A stretch of DNA of 32,000 nucleotides from Idiomarina loihiensis L2TR (GCF_000008465.1 NC_006512.1:2370001-2402000); one strand, 5' to 3'. Numbered from the stretch's first letter, positions 8,372-18,339 are shown. Program-made: numbers and translations. The notes: generated by a model from the sequence alone, not told the origin.

Positions 8372-9027
8372 TGACTCTGCTCCATTATCAGCCGCCGACA
8401 ACGCCATTTCTTCAGGTTATTTATGAGGACAGCCAGTTGTTGGTGGTTGATAAGCAAAGCGGGCTTCTCAGTGTTCCGGGTAAGCGTCCAGAGCATAAAG
8501 ACTCGGTTTACACCCGCGTACAGCGCGTGCATCCGGAAATAAGGGTGGTTCACCGGCTGGATATGGCAACTTCCGGAGTTCTTTTACTGGCAAAAACCAA
8601 AGCCGCACAAAGCCACCTGAACCGGCAATTTCAGAACCGCACAACCCGTAAAAGGTATATTGCACAAGTTTGGGGCAAGCCACCCGCTCTGCAAGGAGAA
8701 ATAGAGTTGCCGTTGTCCTGCGACTGGCCCAATCGCCCGCGCCAGCACATGGATTTTTTCACCGGTAAACCCAGCACAACCCTCTATCGGGTAACGGCTT
8801 TTGACAAGGGCTGCAGCCGCGTCGAGCTGACCCCTCATACCGGCCGTTCTCATCAGCTCAGAGTTCATATGCAGGCCATTGGCTGCCCTATACTTGGAGA
8901 TAAATTCTATGCACACAGCGATGCTTTTGCTGCTGCTGAGCGTTTATTACTGCATGCGGAATACCTTGGCGTAACCCATCCGCAAACCGAACAACTCATA
9001 GAGTTCTCCAGCCCCGTTCAGTTTTAG
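8371..9027 (+). CDS. rluA: Dual-specificity tRNA/23S rRNA pseudouridine synthase RluA
   Basis: The product is collinear with E. coli RluA (VV.K.SGLLSVPG...EHKDS, catalytic HRLDMATSG, CDWPNRP.Q, TGRSHQLRVHM, PILGD.FYA, LLLHAE). Its ATG overlaps the rapA TAA by 1 nt (TAATG), preserving the rapA-rluA operon seen in E. coli. Confidence 0.92.
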   Translation: MTLLHYQPPTTPFLQVIYEDSQLLVVDKQSGLLSVPGKRPEHKDSVYTRVQRVHPEIRVVHRLDMATSGVLLLAKTKAAQSHLNRQFQNRTTRKRYIAQVWGKPPALQGEIELPLSCDWPNRPRQHMDFFTGKPSTTLYRVTAFDKGCSRVELTPHTGRSHQLRVHMQAIGCPILGDKFYAHSDAFAAAERLLLHAEYLGVTHPQTEQLIEFSSPVQF

Positions 9028-9071
9028 CAATTTGCACTCAAGCTAGCGCCGCTTCAGCCGATAAAAGCTGC

Positions 9072-9857
9072 ATGAAGCGCTATCTAATAATTCTGCTGGC
9101 GGTTGTTTTCATCAGCCCCGCAGTAAGCCAGGACGACCTAGAACGTTATTTGCCGCAAGACCAGATCCATTGGTTGACCGGAGATGACGACGAGCGCTAT
9201 TTGGCATTGAAAAAGGAATATTTACAGGCCTTTGAACGCGGCCAGATTGTGCTTTTACCCGACTGGCACTACCATCCACTGCAGTCTTTTTATATTCGTC
9301 CGGTTTATGAAAACGCCCCGAATTTTGGCTGGACAACCTGGGCTTTAACCCCGCCCGACAACGACATACGCACAGACAATTTGCAGACACCAGCCACGAC
9401 AACGCATTTTCCTGATGCCGCAGACGAAGAAGTATTTACCCCGCTGGTTAGTGCACTGCAGCAGCGCATGACTCTGCTGCTGGACGAAACCCTGGATCGC
9501 CCGGGCTTTTCGGTATGGGTAGTGGAAGGAATTACCGCAGACATAGCCCTGCGTTTGCTGGAGAGTGAGCCCTCGATAATGCCCGATGCCATTGTACTGG
9601 TTAATGCCTATGTACCGCAGTTCCAGTATAACCGCGCTCTTGCCGACCGCATCAGTCAGTCACAGTTGCCGGTTCTGGATATTCGCAGCGCAGAGGGTAA
9701 TCGTTGGGTGGGTGAACATTGGTCGCTACGTAAAAAGCTGGCGAATAAATATCAGCACCCGGCGTACCGCCAGCGACAGCTGGTCAACTCAGGTAACGCT
9801 GGGCAACGTGAACTAACCTCCACCATAAAAGGTTGGCTGGAGTTTCACGGCTTTTAA
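9072..9857 (+). CDS. Secreted hypothetical protein, probably DUF3530-like (alpha/beta-hydrolase-like fold without a nucleophile Ser)
   Basis: The signal peptide is MKRYLIILLAVVFISPAVS|Q. The pattern GQIVLLPDWHYHP...GWTTWALTPP...VWVVEGITADIALRLL...LPVLDI fits my recollection of DUF3530 proteins. The position of the GxSxG elbow reads EGITA, with no Ser. The family assignment is from memory only. Confidence 0.7.
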   Translation: MKRYLIILLAVVFISPAVSQDDLERYLPQDQIHWLTGDDDERYLALKKEYLQAFERGQIVLLPDWHYHPLQSFYIRPVYENAPNFGWTTWALTPPDNDIRTDNLQTPATTTHFPDAADEEVFTPLVSALQQRMTLLLDETLDRPGFSVWVVEGITADIALRLLESEPSIMPDAIVLVNAYVPQFQYNRALADRISQSQLPVLDIRSAEGNRWVGEHWSLRKKLANKYQHPAYRQRQLVNSGNAGQRELTSTIKGWLEFHGF

Positions 9858-9872
9858 TCTTTTCAGATTTAT

Positions 9873-9900
9873 CGCTAGGTTTTAACGCTAGCTGTTTTAA
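9873..9900. repeat. Short imperfect tandem direct repeat in the convergent gap before the djlA stop
   Basis: CGCTAG-g-TTTTAA (9873-9885) is followed immediately by CGCTAG-ctg-TTTTAA (9886-9900). The second unit contains the djlA stop codon (9897-9899 on the minus strand). Confidence 0.6.
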
Positions 9901-10727
9901 CGAATGTCGCGCTTTTCTTTAATTTTCTCATAAGCCGCCTGAATGTCCTGCGCACGCTGCTGAGCCTGCTTCATTACCTCTTCAGGTAAGCCTTTAGAGG
10001 CCAGCTTATCGGGATGGTGCCGGGCCATTAACTTACGGTACGCCTTCTTAATTTCAGCATTGCTGTTTTGCGCCGTTACGCCAAGTACTTCATAAGCGTT
10101 TTGAATTTCATCCTGGCTGGAGGTTTTACGTTGTTGCTGATGCTGTTGCCGACGATGCTGGTGAAAACGAAACGCCGCTTTTTCCATCATCAACCATTGG
10201 TCCAGCTGGAAACGGGTAAAGCCAAGGTGCTTAGCCACGTTAACCAAAACTTCATGCTCTGACTTTTCCAGAATGCCGTCATTTAACGCCAGGCCAATTA
10301 ACTGCTCCATAAACAACTGAAGAACGTCGCGGTTACCGTAAAAAGAGGCGCTAAAATCCTTCATGACTTGCTGCAAAGGAAACGTCGGTTCTTTGCCCTC
10401 GCGAAACGCTTCCTGGGCTTCGCGGGTGGCGTCTGTATTTAAATTCAAACGGCGCATTAGCTCCTGCGCCTGAGAGATGTCGTTAGTGGTAACTTTGCCT
10501 TTTGCCTTGGCAACGTGTCCCATTACCGCAAACAGCGTGTAAATAAAATTGGCGTCTCCGGCGGCTTGCTCTGCTCCATACAAAAAGCGCCCCCAGGCAC
10601 CTTTTTGAGAAAAGTCCTGAGCCATTCCCCGATCAAACCAGTGACCAATAAGCGCACCCAGAATAGCCCCCGGCCATTTCATAAACGCGAAGCCAGCCAA
10701 TGCGCCAACTACTTTTCCCCAAACCAT
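9897..10727 (-). CDS. djlA: Membrane-anchored DnaK co-chaperone DjlA
   Basis: An N-terminal TM segment (GKVVGALAGFAFMKWPGAILGALIGHWFD) is followed by a TerB-like middle region (MGHVAKAKGKVT..DI). The C-terminal J domain is AYEVLGV...IKKAYRKLMARHHPDKLASKGLPEE. The product is collinear with E. coli DjlA. Confidence 0.92.
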   Translation of the reverse strand: MVWGKVVGALAGFAFMKWPGAILGALIGHWFDRGMAQDFSQKGAWGRFLYGAEQAAGDANFIYTLFAVMGHVAKAKGKVTTNDISQAQELMRRLNLNTDATREAQEAFREGKEPTFPLQQVMKDFSASFYGNRDVLQLFMEQLIGLALNDGILEKSEHEVLVNVAKHLGFTRFQLDQWLMMEKAAFRFHQHRRQQHQQQRKTSSQDEIQNAYEVLGVTAQNSNAEIKKAYRKLMARHHPDKLASKGLPEEVMKQAQQRAQDIQAAYEKIKEKRDIR

Positions 10728-10728
10728 G

Positions 10729-11406
10729 TTATTTCTCCAGCCGCTGGTTAAGTTGATGCAGGCGCTCCGGCGTACCTACGTCTGTCCAAAATCCATCCTG
10801 ATGGCTTGCTGCCAGTTGCTTCTTGTCTATTGCCCTGTCAAAAAAAGGCTTTAATGGTTGCTTCCCATCAGGGTATGGCGCCAGCAGTTCTTTACGATAC
10901 AGGCCCACACCGGAAAAAGTTTTCGTTTGTTGGCCTTCTTTGACGTCATTAACCAACATCCCATTTTCAATGACAAAATCACCGTCTTGATGATGAACTG
11001 GGTTATCCACCATAACTAAATGCCCCAGTTGCTCTTCGTCTAAGCGCGTTGGTAAATCCCAGTAATCCCAGTCTGTCCAGATGTCGCCATTAATAACCCA
11101 AAACGGGTCATCTCCGAGTAAAGGCAAAGCTTTAATAATACCGCCTGCGGTTTCAAGTCCGCCTTCCGGTTCCTTCGAAAAAGAAACCTGCAGCCCCCAT
11201 TGACTGCCATCACCAACAAAATCTTCAATTTGCTCACCATGCCAGGCGTGATTAATAACCACCTCATTAACACCTGCATTTGCCAGCTTTTCCAGGTGGT
11301 AACCTAACAATGGTTTTCCCGCCACGGGTAACAAAGGCTTTGGCTGGTTATCCGTTAACGGCCGCATTCGACTGCCCCGCCCGGCAGCTAAAATCATCGC
11401 TCTCAT
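10729..11406 (-). CDS. murU: N-acetylmuramate alpha-1-phosphate uridylyltransferase MurU
   Basis: The nucleotidyltransferase N-terminus is MRAMILAAGRGSRMRPLTDNQPKPLLPVAGKPL. The 225 aa length and the 4 nt ATGA overlap with upstream amgK match the Pseudomonas amgK-murU pair next to lptD. Confidence 0.85.
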   Translation of the reverse strand: MRAMILAAGRGSRMRPLTDNQPKPLLPVAGKPLLGYHLEKLANAGVNEVVINHAWHGEQIEDFVGDGSQWGLQVSFSKEPEGGLETAGGIIKALPLLGDDPFWVINGDIWTDWDYWDLPTRLDEEQLGHLVMVDNPVHHQDGDFVIENGMLVNDVKEGQQTKTFSGVGLYRKELLAPYPDGKQPLKPFFDRAIDKKQLAASHQDGFWTDVGTPERLHQLNQRLEK

Positions 11407-12422
11407 AGACTCTCCTTCCAGGCTGGGATAATGCGCTCACGCAACCAGCGATTGTAATTTGAAAGCTGAGAATAGTTAGCACTTACTTGCTGCAAATAAC
11501 CCAGAGTTCTTGGCACGTCCTGTAAATAGCCGGGCTTGTGATCACGATGCGCCAACCGGGCAAAAATACCCGCCGCTTTGGTGTGACGCTGCAGCCCCAT
11601 CCAGTCAAACCAGTGTTGCCATTGCTGCGGCTCAACCTGCGCCGCTAAACAGTCAGACTGTATCAGTTGTTGCCTTAACCCTTCACTCAATTCGTTAACC
11701 AACTCTTGCGGCCACTCAATATAGCAGTCGCGTAGTAACGACACTGCGTCATAGGTTACCGGTCCCAGTACCGCGTCCTGAAAATCGATAATACCGATAC
11801 GATCATCGTCCAGCAGCATTAAGTTACGTGAATGAAAGTCCCGGTGAACTCCCACCTGCGGTTGTTGCAATGCGTTATCAATCATTTGCTGACTAAACTG
11901 GTTCCAGATTTCATCGTCCCCGGCATGCCAGTCTAAGTTCAGGTGCTGTTTCAGTAACCAGTCTTTAAATAACGACAGTTCGCGCTCCAGCAAAGCCGTA
12001 TCAAAAGCCGGCAATTCGCCCTGCTCAGTCCGGCGTACCGACATAATATTCGGCAGCGCGGCGAGTGCCTGCTGGTAGTATTGCCTGGCATTACGCGGAT
12101 GCAGTTTACTCAGCAACAATATCTGGCCAAAATCGGATTGCAGCATAAAACCCTGATCTAAATCTGCCGCAATAATCTCCGGTACCGTCACACCCGCTTC
12201 AGAATAGGCTTGTGCAACAGCCAAAAAAGGCTTCATTGGTTCTTTTTCGGGAGGGCAATCGACCGCTATCAGGCTTTCCTGACCATTAGTTGCCCGAAAA
12301 TAACGACGGAAACTGGCATCACCAGACACAACTTCTAACGTTGGTTGTGAAACGCCTGTCTGGGCTTCACACCAAGCCTGCAGAGCCACTTCTCGTTTGT
12401 CTTCCAAAATATCCTCCACCAA
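11403..12422 (-). CDS. amgK: Anomeric MurNAc/GlcNAc kinase AmgK (aminoglycoside phosphotransferase-fold)
   Basis: APH-fold motifs are present: SGDASFRRYFR, HRDFHSRNLML and IIDFQDA. The gene is divergent from lptD and coupled to murU. The start is uncertain. The ORF opens with TTG 12422, but the TTG at 12407 has a much better GGAGG RBS at 5 nt spacing. Confidence 0.85.
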   Translation of the reverse strand: MVEDILEDKREVALQAWCEAQTGVSQPTLEVVSGDASFRRYFRATNGQESLIAVDCPPEKEPMKPFLAVAQAYSEAGVTVPEIIAADLDQGFMLQSDFGQILLLSKLHPRNARQYYQQALAALPNIMSVRRTEQGELPAFDTALLERELSLFKDWLLKQHLNLDWHAGDDEIWNQFSQQMIDNALQQPQVGVHRDFHSRNLMLLDDDRIGIIDFQDAVLGPVTYDAVSLLRDCYIEWPQELVNELSEGLRQQLIQSDCLAAQVEPQQWQHWFDWMGLQRHTKAAGIFARLAHRDHKPGYLQDVPRTLGYLQQVSANYSQLSNYNRWLRERIIPAWKESL

Positions 12423-12544
12423 ATTTGTCGCAAAGCCTTAAAACTAGCAGTGTACCAAATAGCGAAACAAACAAAATTGCTTTATTATACCCTCGCGCTG
12501 CAAAACAGAATAAATGCATTTAACAACAACGACGGAAGATTAAA

Positions 12545-14818
12545 TTGCTGCAACGGTTTATTACTTCGCTAATGCTACTGCCCTTTCCCGGCAGCGCGCT
12601 AGCGGCTTTACAAAATCAAGACGCACCACAACACATGACTTGTACGGTGGCTCAGCCCACTGAAAGTATGATTGGCGCTGTCCAGTTGCAGAAAACCGAA
12701 GCCGGAACTATTGGCGTTGAGTCGCGTAGTGCCGAAATTCTCGCCAATGAAAAAGCATATTTTACCGGTAACGTCATCATTCAGCGTAACGGGCAGTGGT
12801 TGTCAACTTCAAAAGCCACTATAGACCAGCAGCGGGGCGAAATTCTCGCTTCAGACGGCATTACTTTTAATGACGGTTATTTAAGCGTTACCGGTGACTC
12901 TTTATCGCTGGACTTAAACGATGACCAGGCCAAACTCTACAACAGTGATTACCGCCTGCAAAATCATAACGCGCGGGGCCATGCAGAGTTACTTTCGTTA
13001 TCCCGGCAGGAAGTTCTATTGCAAGACTCAAGCTTCACCACCTGCCCGGGCGAAACCCCGGCCTGGCAGTTACGCGCAGAGCGCATTGAAATAAATGAAA
13101 CCAGCGACTTCGGTGAGGCCTGGCATGCCCGGTTTGAGCTATTTGACGTACCGGTACTCTACTTGCCCTATTTTAACTTTCCATTAAGCGACGCGCGTAA
13201 AACCGGTTTGCTCTACCCCACGTTTGACTCATCATCAAACAGCGGTTTTGAAGTAGAAGTACCTTACTACTTTAATATTGCGCCCAATATGGATGCGACC
13301 ATAGCTCCGGTTTACATGTCGGAGCGCGGCACCATGATGAAAGGCGAGTACCGGTATTTGTTTGAGCAAAATGCCGGGCAATTCAATTTAGAGTATTTAG
13401 GCAATGACGACACCCGCATTGCGAACAAAAAACGTTACCTTTGGCACGTTCAGCATTCGGCACAAATAAACCAGGACTTGAGTTTCTACCTGGATGCGAC
13501 CGAAATTAGTGACGACAACTATCTGAATGACTTTGGCAGTGACTTTGCCGGCCGCGCCGACACTCATTTGTATCGCGTCGCCCAGCTTGATTACGATAAT
13601 GAAAACTGGACCGCGCAATTACGCACCGAAGACTACGAGCTTATTGGTGACTACCGCAGTCCTTATCGCACATTGCCGCAGCTTAGTATCGACTATAATA
13701 CCGGCGACTTCACTGGCTTCAGCGCCAGCTTATACAACGAGCTAACCTACTTTCAGAATCAGGATCAGACACGCGAATACGCGACCCGGGCACACATAGA
13801 GCCGAGCATTCAGTACCGTTTTGAAAAACCGGCTTTTGACACAGAAGCCGAGCTGTCTTACCTCTATACGCGCTACTGGCAGGAAAGCCCGGATGCCAAC
13901 ATTACCGAAGAAGTTACCCGGACACTGCCCCGCGCCCGGGTAAGAGCCCGTTTGCATCTGGAGCGAGCCATTGAACTGGGTGACAGCCAATACCGTCAAA
14001 CCCTGTCGCCGCAAATTCAGTATTTGTATGTGCCCTATGAAAACCAACAGAACATCGGCATTTACGATACGTCCTTATTGCAGGACGATTATCACGGGCT
14101 GTTCCGTAGCCGCCGTTTTTCGGGGTTGGATCGCATCGCCGAGGCTAACCAGATAACGTACGGTGTCAGCAGCAGCTTATTCACTCAGAATGAACGCGAA
14201 GTGCTGCGAGCCAGTATTGGGCAAATTTACAATATTAATGACAGTCGTACGCAACTGTTTGCCAGCGATGAAGAAACCACAACCTCCAGTAACAGTGAGT
14301 GGGTTGCCGACATTAACTGGGCTGTTGATGAGAACTGGTCAATACGCAGCTCAATTCAATACGATACGGAACTTAACACCACCCGTAAGAGTCAGACCGC
14401 GGTAGAGTTCCGTAAAGATGAATCAAACCTGATACAGGTTAGTCATCGCACCGCGACCAACATTCTGAACAACGATATTGAACAAGTTGGAACGCAGGCA
14501 GTTTGGTCAGCAAATTCGCGCTGGCAAGTCGCCTCAAATGTCTTTTACGATCTCACACATGATCGTTTAAATGATGCTATGGTGGGCATTCAATACAGCA
14601 GTTGCTGCTGGGCCTTACGGGTTAGCGCGTACAGACGCATAAACCGTGATCTTGAGCCGGCTTTTAGTGCGACTCAGATAAACGGCGAAACTCAATTTGA
14701 CAATGGCATTAGTATACAATTTATTATCAGCGGTTTAGCTTCTGATAGCAGTGGTCTAATTAACATGCTTGAGAAAAGTACGTACGGTTACCGCCGTCCT
14801 TTTTATCTCAGTAACTAG
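12545..14818 (+). CDS. lptD: LPS-assembly outer membrane protein LptD
   Basis: The product is collinear with E. coli LptD (PYYFNIAPNMDATI.P.YM..RG, QYLYVPY..Q......D..LLQ.DY.GLFR.R.F.GLDRI..ANQ.T.GV.S, GIQYSSCCWALRV). All four conserved Cys positions are present (Cys33, the FTTCPG Cys, and the C-terminal CC pair). The TTG start gives a plausible signal peptide, MLQRFITSLMLLPFPGSALA. Confidence 0.93.
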   Translation: MLQRFITSLMLLPFPGSALAALQNQDAPQHMTCTVAQPTESMIGAVQLQKTEAGTIGVESRSAEILANEKAYFTGNVIIQRNGQWLSTSKATIDQQRGEILASDGITFNDGYLSVTGDSLSLDLNDDQAKLYNSDYRLQNHNARGHAELLSLSRQEVLLQDSSFTTCPGETPAWQLRAERIEINETSDFGEAWHARFELFDVPVLYLPYFNFPLSDARKTGLLYPTFDSSSNSGFEVEVPYYFNIAPNMDATIAPVYMSERGTMMKGEYRYLFEQNAGQFNLEYLGNDDTRIANKKRYLWHVQHSAQINQDLSFYLDATEISDDNYLNDFGSDFAGRADTHLYRVAQLDYDNENWTAQLRTEDYELIGDYRSPYRTLPQLSIDYNTGDFTGFSASLYNELTYFQNQDQTREYATRAHIEPSIQYRFEKPAFDTEAELSYLYTRYWQESPDANITEEVTRTLPRARVRARLHLERAIELGDSQYRQTLSPQIQYLYVPYENQQNIGIYDTSLLQDDYHGLFRSRRFSGLDRIAEANQITYGVSSSLFTQNEREVLRASIGQIYNINDSRTQLFASDEETTTSSNSEWVADINWAVDENWSIRSSIQYDTELNTTRKSQTAVEFRKDESNLIQVSHRTATNILNNDIEQVGTQAVWSANSRWQVASNVFYDLTHDRLNDAMVGIQYSSCCWALRVSAYRRINRDLEPAFSATQINGETQFDNGISIQFIISGLASDSSGLINMLEKSTYGYRRPFYLSN

Positions 14819-14829
14819 TGGTAGGTATA

Positions 14830-16128
14830 ATGAAAAAAATTGCATCGTTTTGTTCAGCAGCTGTGCTGATTGCATCGTCTTTTTTGCTGAATAACACCGT
14901 TCAGGCTCAGCAAATACTGGATCGCGTTGTCGTCGTAGTGGATGACGGCGTGGTGCTGCAAAGCCAGATTGACCAACTTATCCAACAAGTTAAGAACGGT
15001 CAGAACTTCAACTCGAGTAACGCGCCTTCAGACGAAGTTCTGGAAACTCAGGCTATAGAACGCCTGATTCTGCAGGAAATTCAGTTGCAAATGGCTAACC
15101 GCATGGGTATCGAGATTGACGACAACCAGTTAGAGCAAGCCATCAACGAAATAGCAAATAACCAAGACCTTACAACAGCTGAGCTTCGGGAAAACATGGT
15201 CAGTAGTGGTATGAGCTGGGCGGCCTACCGCGAAAACATTCGTAACGAGTTGGTTATCCAGCAAGTTCAACGAGCAGCTGTACAACAACGTGTTTCTATC
15301 ACGCCACAAGAAATTAATAACCTGGTGAAACTCATAGAGAGCAACCAGGAAGTTCAGACAGAGTATCGTTTGGCTCAAATTCTGATTTCCGCTGACTCAA
15401 ACTCATCACAAGCCGAACTTGAAAAAGCCAAAGAGCGTGCCAACACAGTTTTGAATTTACTGGACAAAGGTAGTGACTTTGCTGATTTGGCGGTACGTTC
15501 CTCCTCCGGTTCTGCGGCATTGGATGGCGGTGACCTGGGCTGGATGACAGTTAATGGCATGCCGACCTTGTTTGCGGAAGCTGTAGATGGGAAGTCTGTA
15601 GGTGACGTTGTCGGCCCAATCCGCAGTGGTATCGGCTTTCATATTTTGAAAGTACAGGATAAGCGCGGAGAGCAAACAGTCGAAGTACAGGAAGTTAAAG
15701 CTCGTCATATTTTAATTAAGCCTTCCGTTATTTTGTCAGACAACAAAGCGAAAGAGATGCTTAATAAATACCGTGAGCAAATTGCCAGTGGCGAAAAGAC
15801 TTTTGCTGAACTTGCACGTGAACACTCAGCTGACCCTGGCTCGGCCTCTCGTGGCGGCGATTTGGGCTGGGCTCGTCCAAATAAATACGCACCGGAATTC
15901 AAACAAAAAGTAGAAAGCATTGAACAAGACACAATAAGTGAACCTTTCAGCACACAGTTTGGCTGGCACATTGTAGAAGTTACCGGCCGCAGAACTCTGG
16001 ATGCCACTGAAGAAAACAAGCAAGAACGCGCATACCAAATGCTGTTTAGCCGTAAATTCCGCGAAGAGCTTGATAACTGGCAGCAAGAAATTCGCGACCA
16101 GGCGTTTATCAGAAGAGTTGCTGAGTGA
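14830..16128 (+). CDS. surA: Periplasmic chaperone / peptidyl-prolyl isomerase SurA
   Basis: The signal peptide [26 protein letters not shown] begins at ATG 14830. The ORF-track GTG at 14818 overlaps the lptD stop and adds 4 aa. Two parvulin domains are present (GGDLGWM...[14 protein letters not shown] and GGDLGWA...FGWHIVEV). The product is collinear with E. coli SurA. Confidence 0.94.
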   Translation: MKKIASFCSAAVLIASSFLLNNTVQAQQILDRVVVVVDDGVVLQSQIDQLIQQVKNGQNFNSSNAPSDEVLETQAIERLILQEIQLQMANRMGIEIDDNQLEQAINEIANNQDLTTAELRENMVSSGMSWAAYRENIRNELVIQQVQRAAVQQRVSITPQEINNLVKLIESNQEVQTEYRLAQILISADSNSSQAELEKAKERANTVLNLLDKGSDFADLAVRSSSGSAALDGGDLGWMTVNGMPTLFAEAVDGKSVGDVVGPIRSGIGFHILKVQDKRGEQTVEVQEVKARHILIKPSVILSDNKAKEMLNKYREQIASGEKTFAELAREHSADPGSASRGGDLGWARPNKYAPEFKQKVESIEQDTISEPFSTQFGWHIVEVTGRRTLDATEENKQERAYQMLFSRKFREELDNWQQEIRDQAFIRRVAE

Positions 16129-17117
16129 GTATACCAACTCTTGTATTTACACCGGGTGAGCCCGCAGGTATTGGCCCGGACTTAATTATAAAAATAGCGC
16201 AGCAGCCCTGGTCGGCTGCTGTCGTTGTCTGTGCAGATAAAAATTTACTGAAGCAACGCGCCGAGCAATTGAACCTTCCTATTACTCTGCATAGGTATAG
16301 AAAAGGTGAAGAACTGCCGCAACATGAACCCGGACACCTTTGGGTAGAACATATTCCAGTATGCGAAGACGTGATTCCCGGCGAGTTATGCACAGCCAAC
16401 GGTCATTATGTGGTTGATTGCTTAAAAAGAGCCTCTGACGGTAATCTCTCAGGCGAGTTCGATGCCATTGTTACCGGCCCTGTACACAAAGGTGTGATTA
16501 ATCAAGCCGGCGTGGCGTTTTCAGGACACACTGAATTTTTAGCTCATGAAGCGAACTGCAATGATGTCGTTATGATGTTGGCTACAGAAGGCCTGCGTGT
16601 GGCGCTGGTTACGACTCACATTCCACTGGCCTATGTGGCAAAAGCCGTTACCGCGGAGCGTCTGACCAACATTATTACCATACTGCATAACGATCTGACT
16701 AAGAAATTCGGCGAGTCGTCGCCCAAAATATTGGTTTGCGGATTAAACCCTCATGCGGGAGAGTCGGGACATTTAGGCAGGGAAGAAATAGACATTATTA
16801 TTCCGGTTCTGGAACAACTTAAAAAGCAAGGCATGAACTTGCACGGCCCGTATCCCGCAGATACCATTTTTCAGCCAAAGTACCTTGAAGATGCTAGTGC
16901 GGTAGTTGCTATGTATCACGATCAGGGTCTTCCGGTGCTAAAATATAAAGGTTTCGGGCAGGCCGTAAACATTACACTCGGGTTACCTTATATCCGGACT
17001 TCTGTTGATCACGGTACAGCACTTGAGCTGGCCGGGTCTGGCAAGATTAGCGACGGTAGTTGCCGCCTGGCAATGCAGACCGCTATAGATATGGCAAGAG
17101 CAGCGTATTATGAGTAA
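16125..17117 (+). CDS. pdxA: 4-hydroxythreonine-4-phosphate dehydrogenase PdxA
   Basis: PdxA motifs [38 protein letters not shown] and RTSVDHGTA are present. The GTG start overlaps the surA stop as GTGA. Gene order surA-pdxA-rsmA is canonical. Confidence 0.94.
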   Translation: MSIPTLVFTPGEPAGIGPDLIIKIAQQPWSAAVVVCADKNLLKQRAEQLNLPITLHRYRKGEELPQHEPGHLWVEHIPVCEDVIPGELCTANGHYVVDCLKRASDGNLSGEFDAIVTGPVHKGVINQAGVAFSGHTEFLAHEANCNDVVMMLATEGLRVALVTTHIPLAYVAKAVTAERLTNIITILHNDLTKKFGESSPKILVCGLNPHAGESGHLGREEIDIIIPVLEQLKKQGMNLHGPYPADTIFQPKYLEDASAVVAMYHDQGLPVLKYKGFGQAVNITLGLPYIRTSVDHGTALELAGSGKISDGSCRLAMQTAIDMARAAYYE

Positions 17118-17976
17118 AAACCAAGGTGGGAATAAACACCAGGGCGGAAGTAAAACCCACTTGGGCCACCGGGCACGTAAACGGTTTGGCCAGAACTTCC
17201 TGAATGACGACTATATTATTGAGCAGATTGTTGATGCCATTAACCCTTTGCCCGGTGAAAACCTAATAGAAATTGGCCCGGGTTTAGCGGCATTAACTGA
17301 GCCGACGGTAGATCGCAGTGGCCATTTAAAAGTTATCGAAATTGACCGTGACTTAGTTGAAAGGCTTCAGCATCACCCTTTTTTAAGTTCAAAACTGGAA
17401 GTGATTCAAGCCGATGCGCTAAGCATAGATTTTAGCCAGTTTGCCGAAGAGGGTCCGGCACGAGTATTCGGCAATCTACCCTATAACATTTCTACACCGC
17501 TTATCTTTCATCTGCTGAAGTTTGCCGATGATGTAAAAGATATGCACTTTATGCTGCAAAAAGAAGTGGTTGATCGCTTAGCGGCGGAGCCTGGCTCAAA
17601 AAGTTATGGCAGAATCAGCGTTGGTGTGCAGCAAGCCTGCAAGGTCACTCCAGTGGTTGCCGTACCACCGTCGGCATTTACACCACCACCGAAAGTAGAG
17701 TCATCGGTGGTTCGGTTAGAACCCTATGCCGAAAGCCCACACCCAGTTAAAGATAAAGCGCAACTGCATAGCTTATGTTTGACAGCGTTTAACCAACGCC
17801 GTAAAACAATAAGAAACAACCTTAAACAGTTGGTTCCTGCAGAGCAGATGGAAGCCCTTGGTATTGACCCGGGCGCAAGGCCGGAGACGCTCTCTGTAGA
17901 CGATTACTGCAGGATATCCGACTGGCTCACTGAACACTCGCTCACAAAACAAGCGGAAAAGAATGACAGTCAGTAA
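17110..17976 (+). CDS. rsmA: 16S rRNA (adenine1518/1519-N6)-dimethyltransferase RsmA (KsgA)
   Basis: [62 protein letters not shown] and [11 protein letters not shown] are near-identical to E. coli KsgA. The gene overlaps the pdxA 3' end by 8 nt. Confidence 0.96.
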   Translation: MSKNQGGNKHQGGSKTHLGHRARKRFGQNFLNDDYIIEQIVDAINPLPGENLIEIGPGLAALTEPTVDRSGHLKVIEIDRDLVERLQHHPFLSSKLEVIQADALSIDFSQFAEEGPARVFGNLPYNISTPLIFHLLKFADDVKDMHFMLQKEVVDRLAAEPGSKSYGRISVGVQQACKVTPVVAVPPSAFTPPPKVESSVVRLEPYAESPHPVKDKAQLHSLCLTAFNQRRKTIRNNLKQLVPAEQMEALGIDPGARPETLSVDDYCRISDWLTEHSLTKQAEKNDSQ

Positions 17977-18337
17977 AATTGAAATTGATGTAAAAACGCA
18001 ATATTTAGCGGCGCAGTCAAACCCTGATGCCGGACAATATGTATTTTCTTACACCATAACCATAACCAATGAGTCCAGCCAGTTAGTGCAGTTGCTTGCC
18101 CGCGAATGGCGCATTACCGACGCAGACAATAAAATTACCCGGGTAGCCGGTGACGGTGTAGTCGGACAACAGCCTAAACTGGCTGCCGGTGAATCATTCA
18201 GTTATACCAGCGGTACCGTTCTGGCTACGCCTATAGGCACTATGGAAGGGCATTACCTAATGATAGATGAACAGGGCTCGCAGTTTAAAGCACCTATTCC
18301 TTCGTTCCGGCTGGCCATCCCTAATATTATTCATTAA
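17963..18337 (+). CDS. apaG: ApaG (DUF525) protein
   Basis: The 124 aa product is collinear with E. coli ApaG (YVF.YT.TI.N....VQLL.R.W.IT......V.G.GVVG.QP....GE.F.YTSG.....P.GTM.GHY.MIDE.G..F...IP.FRLA.P). The gene overlaps rsmA by 14 nt. Confidence 0.94.
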   Translation: MTVSKIEIDVKTQYLAAQSNPDAGQYVFSYTITITNESSQLVQLLAREWRITDADNKITRVAGDGVVGQQPKLAAGESFSYTSGTVLATPIGTMEGHYLMIDEQGSQFKAPIPSFRLAIPNIIH

Positions 18338-18339
18338 TT

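Noticed and set aside
9873-9900. The tandem CGCTAG...TTTTAA direct repeat, considered as a terminator or protein-binding site.
   Set aside because: It has only two short imperfect units, no stable stem (the GCTAGC palindrome is 6 bp) and no U-tract. It is most simply a small slippage duplication, so I recorded it as a repeat feature only.
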